Shown: positions 1 through 9,225 of the stretch, piece after piece
How the letters are laid out: each line of letters begins with the position of its first letter
Position numbering within the stretch: position 1 is the stretch's first letter
NCBI GenBank assembly: GCA_040755995.1
Contig: JBFMAF010000001.1
Location: 1-41,058, forward strand
DNA length: 41,058 nucleotides
Reading direction: 5' to 3'
From: Acidobacteriota bacterium
GTDB lineage: Bacteria; Acidobacteriota; CAIWXX01
Notes under the pieces: model-generated
Told to the model about the DNA's origin: nothing
Databases searched by the model: none
The model's input: the letters and a program-made list of their open reading frames with translations, nothing else
Translations under genes and position numbers: made by a program

Positions 1-101
1 GCGACCACGACCTTCATCGGCGAATACGAAACTGCCGAGATCATCATGGCCACAGCGACGAGCGCAAACACACGTAGCCTAGGCGTGCCACAGGTCACCA
101 T
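1..101 (-). CDS. N-terminal part of a probable secreted protein (runs off the left edge)
   Basis: ATG at 101 preceded by GGAGGA (108-113). Reads MVTCGTPRLRVFALVAVAMMISAVSYSPMKVVV, which resembles a signal peptide. Open to the window edge and not in the ORF track. Confidence 0.65.
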   Translation of the reverse strand, partial: MVTCGTPRLRVFALVAVAMMISAVSYSPMKVVV

Positions 102-134
102 GGTGTGTCCTCCTTCTCAATATCGCGTGGGCCC

Positions 135-163
135 ATGATAGAGAATCGCCCCCGCGGCGTCAA
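135..163 (-). promoter_or_regulatory. sigma70-type promoter for the leftward gene
   Basis: Minus strand reads TTGACG-N17-TATCAT, about 30 nt upstream of the ATG at 101. Confidence 0.55.
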
Positions 164-310
164 CACAATAAAAAACAGGCCGGCGCGTCCAGGAGCGTCG
201 CAAGAATCAGGTGCGCATTTGCACCCACTTTGGCGCGCTTCACCATTTCGCTTCCCTATACATCGGAAACGGCGTAGAATAGACTATGTATAGCTTCCTG
301 GAGGTCCGAA

Positions 311-790
311 ATGATACACGTGGACGAGAAGTTCAACTGGGGTAGGGTGTTCCTGGGAGGGATTGTCGGCGGCGTCGCGATGGCGGTTCTCAGCTTCATA
401 CTGAACCAGCCGATCCTGAGTCCGACCTATGAGAGCCTGCTTGAAGAGGGCATCTATACTAAGGTTCCTCATCATCCGTTCGTGGAGCTCAACATCGTTG
501 GCCTGATCCTTTTCGGCATCGTTCTCGCCTGGTTGTACGCGATCGCGCGACATCGTCTTGGTCGCGGCCCGAAGACGGCGCTCCTCGTTGGTGTGGTGGC
601 AGGATTCATTGCGGTGGTCCCCTCCAGCTTGCATCAAGCCGCCTGGAACCCGGCTCCTTACCTGGTGCGATTATGGATCTATTGGCTTGTCGGCGGATGG
701 GTCAAGACGATCGTAGGGGCCTTCATCGCCGCCGCAATCTACTCTGAGGAAGAGGACGAAGAAGGAGAAGAAGCGACTGTCCGCGTCTAG
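311..790 (+). CDS. Hypothetical membrane protein (about 4 TM helices, acidic C-terminal tail)
   Basis: 159-aa ORF with GGAGG RBS at about 300, four hydrophobic segments and an EEEDEEGEE tail. Confidence 0.8.
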   Translation: MIHVDEKFNWGRVFLGGIVGGVAMAVLSFILNQPILSPTYESLLEEGIYTKVPHHPFVELNIVGLILFGIVLAWLYAIARHRLGRGPKTALLVGVVAGFIAVVPSSLHQAAWNPAPYLVRLWIYWLVGGWVKTIVGAFIAAAIYSEEEDEEGEEATVRV

Positions 791-904
791 GCCGAGTACG
801 CCGTGGCGTCCAGAATCGCCGCCCCGGCCATTGATGGAATCGGCAGCCTGCGTACCCGCGTGAGGGCGATATCCCGCGTGGTAGGCTCGATCCCGATCGA
901 TACG

Positions 905-913
905 TGATATAAT
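905..913 (+). promoter_or_regulatory. Extended -10 promoter element
   Basis: TGATATAAT (TGnTATAAT) about 21 nt upstream of the ATG at 935. Confidence 0.55.
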
Positions 914-934
914 CGCCGCTTCATTCGGGACATA

Positions 935-1462
935 ATGAAAGCGCTGCCGATCCTGGGGATGATGCTTCTGGCCCCCGTTCTCGCCTCGTCAGCCGATGTG
1001 CGGAACCTTCAGATCGCAATGGAGGAGGATGGTGTCCATGTGAGCTTCGGCCTCGTCGATGCGTTCCATGAGGAAATCATGGCGCGAATCAGGAGCGGGC
1101 TGGAGACGACGTTCGAGGTGAAAATACGTGTGGATGAGGAGCTCGAGCTCTGGTTCAACAGGCGGGTGTGCGAGCGCGAGCTTCGACTGAGCTGCACGCA
1201 CGATACGCCGGGATCGGTCTACCGGGTCACCAAGTCGCTCGATGGGAACGTATTCGAAAGCCTGGTGCTCGACAACGAAGAGGACATGAAACGCGCAATG
1301 ACAGTAGTGGATCGCCTGAAAGTGCTCGATGCCGGCGTGCTGCGCAGGAACGCCGACTACCAGCTCAAGGTGAAGGCCGAACTGCTCAGCCGCTACGTCC
1401 TGCTCGTCATCCCCTGGGACATCGACACTCCCTGGAGGAAGAAGAAATTCATCTTCAACTAG
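935..1462 (+). CDS. DUF4390-like exported protein
   Basis: Signal peptide, SGL..F motif and C-terminal W..TPW. Sits directly upstream of an NtrY-like kinase, the usual DUF4390 context. Confidence 0.75.
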   Translation: MKALPILGMMLLAPVLASSADVRNLQIAMEEDGVHVSFGLVDAFHEEIMARIRSGLETTFEVKIRVDEELELWFNRRVCERELRLSCTHDTPGSVYRVTKSLDGNVFESLVLDNEEDMKRAMTVVDRLKVLDAGVLRRNADYQLKVKAELLSRYVLLVIPWDIDTPWRKKKFIFN

Positions 1463-1527
1463 GCGGGTGGGATCGCGGAGCAAGCGGGGCGGAGCGGGCT
1501 TGAGGAGCGGACATGGGGCCTGGCTTT

Positions 1528-1558
1528 CTTCACCGCGTCTCCGTGTCCCCGCGTCCGC
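1528..1558. repeat. 8-nt tandem array (CCGCGTCT/CCGTGTCC/CCGCGTCC)
   Basis: Three units. 1528-1555 matches 28726-28753 at 25/28 nt. The right part can pair imperfectly with GCGGACATGGGG at 1507-1518. Confidence 0.65.
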
Positions 1559-1626
1559 TTCACGACGAAACGCGAAATGACGCCGCGTGCACATTCCCGG
1601 ACGGCCACAGCCTCTAGGACAGAATC

Positions 1627-3849
1627 GTGACCACACAGCAGATGCGGCGAAAGAACCGCCTCCTGGCTCTGGGCATAGTCGTAATTCTGGCGATCCTCTT
1701 CGGGATCGAATTTCTGCTGCTGAAGTCAGAGAAGGTCTCGCCGTCGTTCATAGCCAATTCGTTCGTCGTGTGGGCCCTCTGGAACCTCTGCCTGCTCCTT
1801 CTCATGATCCTCCTCTTCATGCTGCTGCGCAACGTCGTGAAGCTCTCGCTCGAGCGGCGGAGAAACATCCCCGGAGCCCGCTTCAAGTCGCGGCTCGTAG
1901 TCTTCTTCATCTCCCTCTCACTTCTGCCCACGCTCCTGCTCTTCTTCTTCGGCAGCGACATCATCCAGCGCACATTGGAAGGGTGGTTTCGGCTGCCCGT
2001 GAACGCGATGGTGGCCGACAGCCAGGCCGTGGCCGATCGGTACTACAAGGACGTCACCGAACGCGCCTTCTTCCTCGCGCAGATGGTGGGCCGCCGCGTA
2101 GGCGAGGCACGCCTCTTCAGCGAAGAGCGCGGCATGGTCGTGCAGGAGCGGTTGGAGAGCTGGCTGAAGGAGTACCGGCTGGACATCATAGCGCTGTACG
2201 ACGGCGAAGAGCTGGCACTCGTGACCGTCAACAGCCGCATCCCGGTGGAGCAGATCGCGGAGGTGCCGGTCGAGCAGGTGCGGAAGTGCCTCCAGGGCGA
2301 GGTCTGGCGCCATATCGATCCGATGATGCAGGGGGAGCTGGTTCGCAGCATGATCCCATACTTCGAACCGCCGTCGGCGACCCCGTCGGGATGCGTCGTG
2401 GCCGGGTTCTACCTCGACGATTCCGTTTCAACGCGTCTCAAGCGAATCCTCCTCACGGCCCAGCAGTACTCGCAGACCTACGCCCTCCGGAGCCCGATCA
2501 AGACGACCTATTTTCTGGTGTTTCTCTTCGTGACGCTTCTTATTCTGTTCGCCGCGACGTGGAGCGGCCTGCACCTTGCCCGCGAAATCACCGTCCCAAT
2601 CGAACATCTCGGCACGGCCACTCGCGAGGTCGCCGCGGGCAACCTGAATTACCGCGTCCAGTGGAAATCAGGCGACGAGTTCGGATCGCTGGTCGACTCG
2701 TTCAACCGCATGACCGAGGATCTTCGCGTCAGCAACGAGAAACTCCGCCTGTCGAAGATTCACCTGGAAGAGACCAACGTCGAGATCGAACGGAGAGGCC
2801 GGTTGATCGAGACCGTGCTCCAGAACATCGCGGCTGGGGTCATCTCGGTCGGAGCAGATGGATCGGTCCAGGCCGCCAACTCGGCGGCGCTCAGATTGCT
2901 CGGCCTCCAGGGGATCACGCCTCAGGGGATGGACTGCCGGGAGCTCCTGCGCGCCGCCCCGGAGCTCGCGGCCGTCGTGGCGGAATCGCTCAGGGAGCGT
3001 AAGCCGCTGGAGGAGAGAGAGGTCATCGTTCACGCCGGCGGGAGATCGCTTACGCTCGCGGTGAACACCACTTTCCTCGAAGAGTCCGGCGCGGGCTCGC
3101 AGATGCTGCTGGTCCTCAACGATCTCACGCAGCTCATCCGCGCGCAGCGCATGGAGACGTGGAAAGAGGTGGCCCGGCGCATCGCGCATGAGATCAAGAA
3201 CCCGCTGACACCCATCCAGCTCTCCGCGCAGCGCATCAGGAAGAACTTCATGAAGCAGACCCCTCACCTCGCACAGGTGGTCGAGGAGGGCACGAGCACG
3301 ATCGAGCGCGAGGTGACCACGATGAAGAACATGGTGAACGAATTCACCAGCTTCGCCCGAATGCCCGGCGTCCGCCTCGCCCCGGGAGACGTCAACCAGC
3401 TGGTCCAGAAGACGCTAGCCATGTACGACGGTCTCTTCGCAGATGTTCGGTTCGCCCAGAGCCTCGGCGATATCCAGGCGCCGGTGGCATTCGACCCGGA
3501 GCAGCTCAAGCGTGCGTTGATCAACGTGATCGACAACGCCATCGAGGCGATGAATCGCCGCGGCACGCTCACCATCCGCACCTCGAGCGCTCCAGGGTCG
3601 ACATCCTGCCAGATCGAGATCACCGACACGGGCCCGGGCGTGCCTCCGGAGGACCGGGAGAAGGTCTTTCTGCCGTACTTCAGTACGAAAAAACGCGGAT
3701 CGGGCCTCGGACTCGCGATAGTGAACCAGATCATCACAGACCACAACGGATCGATCCGCGTGGAAGACAACGTTCCGAGCGGGACCCGGTTCGTGATAGA
3801 GATGCCGGTCGAGCTCAGAAGTAGACTCGCCGACGGGCCACTGGCCTGA
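1627..3849 (+). CDS. ntrY: NtrY-family sensor histidine kinase (TM, HAMP, PAS, HisKA, HATPase)
   Basis: WKEVARRIAHEIKNPLTPIQL H-box, NVIDNAIEA N-box, DTGPG and GSGLGL G-boxes, HAMP DEFGSLVDSFNRM. Start is GTG 1627 or ATG 1642. Confidence 0.88.
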   Translation: MTTQQMRRKNRLLALGIVVILAILFGIEFLLLKSEKVSPSFIANSFVVWALWNLCLLLLMILLFMLLRNVVKLSLERRRNIPGARFKSRLVVFFISLSLLPTLLLFFFGSDIIQRTLEGWFRLPVNAMVADSQAVADRYYKDVTERAFFLAQMVGRRVGEARLFSEERGMVVQERLESWLKEYRLDIIALYDGEELALVTVNSRIPVEQIAEVPVEQVRKCLQGEVWRHIDPMMQGELVRSMIPYFEPPSATPSGCVVAGFYLDDSVSTRLKRILLTAQQYSQTYALRSPIKTTYFLVFLFVTLLILFAATWSGLHLAREITVPIEHLGTATREVAAGNLNYRVQWKSGDEFGSLVDSFNRMTEDLRVSNEKLRLSKIHLEETNVEIERRGRLIETVLQNIAAGVISVGADGSVQAANSAALRLLGLQGITPQGMDCRELLRAAPELAAVVAESLRERKPLEEREVIVHAGGRSLTLAVNTTFLEESGAGSQMLLVLNDLTQLIRAQRMETWKEVARRIAHEIKNPLTPIQLSAQRIRKNFMKQTPHLAQVVEEGTSTIEREVTTMKNMVNEFTSFARMPGVRLAPGDVNQLVQKTLAMYDGLFADVRFAQSLGDIQAPVAFDPEQLKRALINVIDNAIEAMNRRGTLTIRTSSAPGSTSCQIEITDTGPGVPPEDREKVFLPYFSTKKRGSGLGLAIVNQIITDHNGSIRVEDNVPSGTRFVIEMPVELRSRLADGPLA

Positions 3850-4001
3850 ACACGAAGGCGATGCTGCCGATTACGGGCCGATGCCGCCGCTGATCGTATG
3901 TTCCATTGTGTAGTAGAATTAGGGAGTTATGCGCAAGTATCGATCCCTTGCTACAGGTCGTGGATCAGCATGTCGGCATCTGGCGGGATATTCGGCTCGG
4001 C

Positions 4002-4040
4002 TCCGCATTCCGCATTCCGCATTCTGCACTCCGCATTCAG
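4002..4040 (+). repeat. 7-nt tandem array (TCCGCAT)x5
   Basis: TCCGCAT TCCGCAT TCCGCAT TCTGCAC TCCGCAT TCAG, immediately upstream of the rodZ RBS. Confidence 0.9.
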
Positions 4041-4052
4041 CGGGAGCCGGCG

Positions 4053-4835
4053 GTGAATGAGAGCTTCGGACAGCGATTGAAGCGCGAGCGTGAGCTGCGC
4101 GGTGTCGCCATCGACGAGATCGCTCAGGCCACCAAGATCAGCAGCCGGATGCTGGACGCCCTGGAGTCCAACCGCTTCGACCTCCTTCCCGGCGGTGTCT
4201 TCAACCGGGGATTCATCCGCGCATACGCTCGATACCTGGGCCTGAACGAAGAGGACGTCGTAAACGACTATCTCGATGCTATTCAGAAAAGCGCGCCGGA
4301 GACGGCCCAGGTTCCCGCACAGCCTCCGTCGCCGGCGCCTTCGAAGCCGGTGCCTCCTGTTCTGATTGTGGGCGTGGTGGCCGCAGGGGTGCTCATTGCC
4401 ATCGCACTCGTTCTGCGCAACTATCGCGGCGAACCAAAGCCGGCTGTGCCGGCCGCGCCGCAAACCCAGCGTGCGGAGACCGGCCCCGTCGAGACTACAC
4501 CAACCGTGGTGATCAACCAGTTCGCGCCCCTGCCGGAAAAGGCGGAGGAGCTGCCCGCGCCCATAACGATCGAAATGCAGTTCCAGAGCCCCACATGGGT
4601 GAAGGTGTCGACCGATGGGAAACAAGGGGAACCGATCGTCTACGGGCCGGGCCAGACGCAAGTATTCACCGCCGAAAACGAAATCGGTCTGTGGGTCGGG
4701 AACGCGGGCGGATTCACCTACCTCGTCAACGGCAAGCCGGGCATCCCTATCGGCCTGCCCGGGCAGGTCCGTCGCGCGGTGTTCAACCGCGAGACAATAC
4801 CGGGCATGCAGGCTCCGGAAGCGCCGGAGAACTGA
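4053..4835 (+). CDS. rodZ: RodZ-like protein (HTH, TM, DUF4115-like C-terminus)
   Basis: FGQRLKRERELRG...LPGGVFNRGFIRAYARYLGL HTH, a single TM and a C-terminal VGNAGG. Start reassigned to GTG 4053 (GGAG at 4043); the ORF-track extension is translated repeat. Confidence 0.85.
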   Translation: MNESFGQRLKRERELRGVAIDEIAQATKISSRMLDALESNRFDLLPGGVFNRGFIRAYARYLGLNEEDVVNDYLDAIQKSAPETAQVPAQPPSPAPSKPVPPVLIVGVVAAGVLIAIALVLRNYRGEPKPAVPAAPQTQRAETGPVETTPTVVINQFAPLPEKAEELPAPITIEMQFQSPTWVKVSTDGKQGEPIVYGPGQTQVFTAENEIGLWVGNAGGFTYLVNGKPGIPIGLPGQVRRAVFNRETIPGMQAPEAPEN

Positions 4836-4839
4836 CACG

Positions 4840-4890
4840 AATGCGGAACGCACCTGAATGCGGAATGCGGAGTGCGGAATGCGGAATCAG
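4840..4890 (+). repeat. 7-nt tandem array (ATGCGGA), reverse complement of the 4002-4040 array
   Basis: CTGA ATGCGGA ATGCGGA GTGCGGA ATGCGGA ATCAG at 4854-4890, plus an extra ATGCGGA at 4841. Confidence 0.9.
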
Positions 4891-4985
4891 ATCAACCAGC
4901 GATGGCGGCCATGACGCGATTATGGAGCCGTACCACCAGGAATCGGGCATGTGGAACGCTATGACGAACAAAGAGACTGAAGCTT

Positions 4986-6083
4986 ATGCCAAGTGAGATA
5001 CTCGAGAGACTGAAGGCGGGGGAGGTGCCGCCGCCGGTAGTGGAGCTGATCGCGCGCGGCGCCTTCCCACTCCCCCCCGAAGAGAGCATCGAAGCCCAGC
5101 TCTTCCTGCTCCAGAGCCAGGATCCAAAGATCCAGGAGGCGGCGAAACAGGCGTTGGAGGCCCAGCCCCAGGGCGCTGTGCTGGGTTTGCTGAGCTCACC
5201 CGAGGTGGACCTGGCCGTAGTCTATTTCTACTCAGAGTATGCAGAGCGGGCCAAGAAGCCGGCCTACCTCGAGGCCGTAATCAAGAACCCGTCGACACCG
5301 GATGACTATATCGCCTTTCTCGCCGCCCGACTCCCTCCCAATCTCCTCGACATCATCACAACCAACCAGATGCGTCTGATACGCGCCCCTCAGATCATGG
5401 ACGCGATAGAGATGAACCCGCAGATAAGCCGGGACATCCTGAGGAGAGTGCGCGAGGTGCGCGAGGAGTTCTTCGTGAAGAAGGCGGCCGAGGCCTCGAC
5501 GGTGCAGGTCGGGGCCGGCCCCGTCGGCCTGGTGAAATACGGCGACAAGGAGGTGGCCCCCGCCGCCGGCACGCTCCGGGGCGAAGCCCTCGCCCGCGTG
5601 CTGCCACAGGAAGTGCTCGCGTCGCTGGAGCCGGACGAGCAGGCCGAGGGCCTCACGCCCGAGCGCGTCTCCGTCTATCAGAAGCTCTTCAGGATGTCCG
5701 TGCCCGAGCGCGTCCAGGTGGGGCTGAAGGGAACACGCGAGGAACGATCCATCCTCGTCAAGGACCCCAACAAGGTCGTCGTCGATGCGGTGCTCTCCTC
5801 GCCGAAACTAACAGAATCCGAGGTCGAGACATTCTCCTCCATGCGCAACCTCACCGAGGAGATCCTGAAGCGCATCGCGTCGAGTCGCGAGTGGGTCAAG
5901 AACTACAAGATCGTCCAGAACCTGGTGCTCAATCCGAAGACGCCAGTGGCGGTCTCGCTCGGGTTCATGGCCAGACTGCAGGAGAAGGACGTCTATAACC
6001 TGAGCCGGAACAAGAACATCCCGGACGTCATCCGAAAGGCCGCGGCTCGGCTGATCGTCACCCGCCGGGAAAGGGGACACTAG
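4986..6083 (+). CDS. Hypothetical alpha-helical repeat-like protein
   Basis: 365-aa ORF with GC-rich third positions and repeated NP-x-T-P type turns (KNPSTP, LNPKTP). No catalytic motif recognised. Confidence 0.8.
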   Translation: MPSEILERLKAGEVPPPVVELIARGAFPLPPEESIEAQLFLLQSQDPKIQEAAKQALEAQPQGAVLGLLSSPEVDLAVVYFYSEYAERAKKPAYLEAVIKNPSTPDDYIAFLAARLPPNLLDIITTNQMRLIRAPQIMDAIEMNPQISRDILRRVREVREEFFVKKAAEASTVQVGAGPVGLVKYGDKEVAPAAGTLRGEALARVLPQEVLASLEPDEQAEGLTPERVSVYQKLFRMSVPERVQVGLKGTREERSILVKDPNKVVVDAVLSSPKLTESEVETFSSMRNLTEEILKRIASSREWVKNYKIVQNLVLNPKTPVAVSLGFMARLQEKDVYNLSRNKNIPDVIRKAAARLIVTRRERGH

Positions 6084-6153
6084 ACGCGTTCGGGGCCAGC
6101 CCGTGGCAGTGTGTCGGCAGGAGCGAGGGTGGATCAGTCGTGGGCCTGGGGGG

Positions 6154-6220
6154 GCAGATTGCCAAATGCAGATTGCAGAATGCAAATTGCGAAATGCGGA
6201 TTCCAGGTTTCAGATTTCGG
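6154..6220 (+). repeat. Degenerate 7-nt tandem array, 9 units
   Basis: GCAGATT GCCAAAT GCAGATT GCAGAAT GCAAATT GCGAAAT GCGGATT CCAGGTT TCAGATT. Confidence 0.85.
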
Positions 6221-6245
6221 GTGGCATTAGCCCGGGAGACGCCAA

Positions 6246-6965
6246 GTGGAAGACGGTGCGGTTGACGTCCTGGTGGTGAGCCCTCACCCCGATGACGCCG
6301 AGATGGGGTGCGGCGGCACCGTGATCGGCCTCGGTCGTGCCGGCCATTCCGTCGCGCTGTGCTACCTGACTCGAGGCGAGATGGGCAGCCGCGGCGACAT
6401 CGAGACGCGCGCCGCGGAAACTCGCGAGGCCGCCCGGATACTTGGCGCCCGCGACTACACGTATGCCGATATCCCAGATGCGGCTCTCTTCAACACCACC
6501 GAGAATCGTCTCAAGGTCGTGTCGATCATTCGCCGCTACAAGCCGCGCATGATGCTCGGCCCCTACCACAAGAGCCTCCACCCCGACCACGTGCAGGCCA
6601 GCCAGCTTGTGCGCGACGCCGTGTACCTCTCCGGCCTGCTCCGGATCGACACCGCCCAGGAACGGCACCGGCCCCAGCGCGTGCTCTACTACCCGCTCCA
6701 CCCGAAGTTCGAGCCGACCCTGGTCGTGGACATCAGCGATCACTTCGAACACAAGATGATGGCGATCCGCGCCTACCGCTCGCAGTTCCACGACCCCGAG
6801 CGCCCCGACGCTCCACAAACCCTCCTCTCCGCCCCAGACTTCCTCGACCGCCTCGAAGCTCAATCGCGCCAGTTCGGCGCGCTCATCGGCCGGCGGTACG
6901 GGGAGGGGTTCCGGATCAATCTGCCCCTGCCGGTGCGGCAACCGTCGGAATTACTACGACTGTAG
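6246..6965 (+). CDS. bshB1: PIG-L family deacetylase, BshB1-like (bacillithiol GlcNAc-malate deacetylase)
   Basis: HPDDAE, LTRGEMGSRG, HPDH, AYRSQF and C-terminal YGEGF motifs. GTG start. Confidence 0.8.
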   Translation: MEDGAVDVLVVSPHPDDAEMGCGGTVIGLGRAGHSVALCYLTRGEMGSRGDIETRAAETREAARILGARDYTYADIPDAALFNTTENRLKVVSIIRRYKPRMMLGPYHKSLHPDHVQASQLVRDAVYLSGLLRIDTAQERHRPQRVLYYPLHPKFEPTLVVDISDHFEHKMMAIRAYRSQFHDPERPDAPQTLLSAPDFLDRLEAQSRQFGALIGRRYGEGFRINLPLPVRQPSELLRL

Positions 6966-6970
6966 TGAAG

Positions 6971-9184
6971 ATGCGGCCAGCGCGACCGGTGAAACTGGCT
7001 GCGATGCACTTGGCCTGCGCCGTCATGTTGAGCTCCGTCCTGCCGGCCGCCACCCCGAAGATCGCACTCGTCGGCCTGGACGGCGTCGACTGGAAGGTCG
7101 TCGGGCCGTTGATGGAGGCAGGGCGCCTGCCTGCCCTCGCGTCGCTGCGCTCCCAGGGAGTTTCCGGACGGGTACTCGCGTCCCTGCCGCTGCTTTCTCC
7201 GCTGATCTGGACCACCATTGCCACGGGCCGCACGCCGGACGAGCACGGCGTGCTCGATTTCGTGGGCTTCGACGAGGCTGGGCGCCAGCGGCCCGTCTCG
7301 AGCTGCGACCGCCGGTGCCGAGCCCTGTGGAACATTTTCAGCGAGCGTGGCCGCAGCGTCGGAGTGTACGGGTACTGGGCGACGTGGCCGGCCGAGCCCG
7401 TGAACGGAGAGATCGCGAGCAACCTGCTGTTCGAGAACCTCCCCAAGCTCCACGATCTCGCCGCCGGCACGGTCTCCGAGCTGTCGCAGCCGCCGGCAGT
7501 TGCAGCGGCGTCGAAGGAACGCCCGGCGGAGGCGGCCGAGCTGGCCGCGCTTCTGGGCATCCCTGTGGACGATTGCCGGCGCGAGCTGGCGCGGAAGACC
7601 GCGACTCCGTTCGAGAGCCGCGTCCACCATTTCGCCCGAGTCGTACAGTCGACCTGCACCCTCTTCGATCTCTCGATCGCGCGGCTGCGCGCGAAGCAGC
7701 CGGATCTGTTCATGGTCTACTACGAGGGCACTGATATCGTGGCGCATCTGTTCCACGAGCAACTCGCGGCGCCGTCAGAGTCGGTGCTCGCCCGGTATCT
7801 CCAGCTCATCGACTCCATGCTCGCCCAGTACCGCGCCGCGATGTCACCCGATACGATCCTGATCGTCTGCTCGGATCACGGATTCCTGCTGCCGGGCGAG
7901 GAGGGAGGCGAGGGGGATCCGGCCGACTTCTACACGGGCGCATCGTCGTACCATCGGAGGTACGGCATCTTCTTTGCCGCGGGCCCGGGCATAGCCCGTG
8001 GCGAGGCCGATCTGTCTCCACTCGATTTCGCGCCGACCATTCTGGCCGCAGCCGGCCTTCCGTTGCCGGCAGACATGCCGGGGCGGGTCGCCACGGTTTT
8101 TGGCCAGAATCCCGTGATCGAGAAGATCGGCACGTATGAAACGACACCATTGGTCCGAACCGCACCTCGCAGCATTCCCGCAGATGAATCGCTCGAAAAC
8201 CTGAAGGCCCTCGGGTATATCTTCTCGCCATCTCCGACCCTGAATGTCAACCTGGGAAGAGTATTGCTGGAAAAGGGCGATCTGGCTGCAGCCGAGAGAG
8301 TGATACTCCGCGCGCTCGAGACCGATCCGACGCGCCTCTCCGCTCTCTACGACCTGCTCGATCTTCGCAAGCGACAGGGAGATAATGGAGGTATGCTCGA
8401 AGCAGCGCGGCGATTCGCCGGCGCTGAGGGCGGGATGCGGGCCGACGTGGCAGTGCCGGCCGTGAATGCGGCGCTGGCCGCGGGCGGTCCGAAGGAGGCC
8501 ACGGCGCTCATCGAGGAGCTGTTCGGCCGCGTGCAGTCTCCTTTGCGAACGCTGGTCACGGGCATGGTTCAGGCGGCCCAGAATGAGAACGCGAAGGCCG
8601 TGCAGTCCATGATGTCGGCCGTCGACGCACAGCAATCGCTCGCCGGTGTGGCGCTGCCGGAGATCGCGGCCGCGTACCGGAGATGGGATCCGCGCGCCGG
8701 TCTCGACGCGCTCGACAGGTTCAAGGCCCGCCCGGAGGTCTCGGTCTATCGTGCGGATCTGCTTGTTGTCATGGGAAGGAAACAAGAGGCTCTGGCTGCG
8801 TATGAATCAGCGCTGGCGGAATTCCCCGACGCCCCCGAGTTGATGATTTCGGCCGCGAAGCTTCGCTTCGCCACGGGCGACGCCGCGGGCGCACGCCGCA
8901 TGTTCGAGCGGGCGCTCGATTTCGACTCCGGCTCGGATGCGGCGCTGCTCGGAGCAGGCGCGGCCGCCGCGGCCGCGGGCGATGACACGGCAGCGATCCA
9001 CTACATCGAGCGATCCGACTACCGCACCAACCCGGATGCGCTGAACGCGCTCGCCGTGGCGTATCACCGGCTCGGAAAGGAGCAACAGGCGGGCGAGCTG
9101 CTGCGGGCGTCGCTCCGCCTGCGGCCGGACCAGCCATCCATCGCGGACCTGCTCCGGCAGATCGAACGAAATGATCCGCACTAA
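6971..9184 (+). CDS. Exported alkaline-phosphatase-superfamily (NPP/phosphodiesterase-like) protein with C-terminal TPRs
   Basis: GLDGVDW, LSPLIWTTIATG, TDIVAH, SDHGF and LKALGY, followed by TPR-like helices. Start reassigned to ATG 6971 (signal peptide), 5 nt after the bshB1 stop. Confidence 0.85.
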   Translation: MRPARPVKLAAMHLACAVMLSSVLPAATPKIALVGLDGVDWKVVGPLMEAGRLPALASLRSQGVSGRVLASLPLLSPLIWTTIATGRTPDEHGVLDFVGFDEAGRQRPVSSCDRRCRALWNIFSERGRSVGVYGYWATWPAEPVNGEIASNLLFENLPKLHDLAAGTVSELSQPPAVAAASKERPAEAAELAALLGIPVDDCRRELARKTATPFESRVHHFARVVQSTCTLFDLSIARLRAKQPDLFMVYYEGTDIVAHLFHEQLAAPSESVLARYLQLIDSMLAQYRAAMSPDTILIVCSDHGFLLPGEEGGEGDPADFYTGASSYHRRYGIFFAAGPGIARGEADLSPLDFAPTILAAAGLPLPADMPGRVATVFGQNPVIEKIGTYETTPLVRTAPRSIPADESLENLKALGYIFSPSPTLNVNLGRVLLEKGDLAAAERVILRALETDPTRLSALYDLLDLRKRQGDNGGMLEAARRFAGAEGGMRADVAVPAVNAALAAGGPKEATALIEELFGRVQSPLRTLVTGMVQAAQNENAKAVQSMMSAVDAQQSLAGVALPEIAAAYRRWDPRAGLDALDRFKARPEVSVYRADLLVVMGRKQEALAAYESALAEFPDAPELMISAAKLRFATGDAAGARRMFERALDFDSGSDAALLGAGAAAAAAGDDTAAIHYIERSDYRTNPDALNALAVAYHRLGKEQQAGELLRASLRLRPDQPSIADLLRQIERNDPH

Positions 9185-9204
9185 GAGTTGTCAGTTGACA
9201 GTTC
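9184..9204 (+). repeat. Short 7-nt tandem array
   Basis: AGAGTTG TCAGTTG ACAGTTC directly after the stop codon. Confidence 0.45.
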
Positions 9205-9225
9205 GGACGCTGCCAAGAGGGAGAG

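Noticed and set aside
4890..4985. Small ORF or gene remnant between the heptamer array and the 365-aa gene
   Set aside because: Several ATGs, but only very short frames with no recognisable family. Cannot be supported from sequence alone.
6308..6970. N-terminal 221 aa of the 958-aa ORF, suggesting a fusion or frameshift with bshB1
   Set aside because: Arg/Pro-rich off-frame translation of bshB1. A proper ATG and signal peptide start at 6971.
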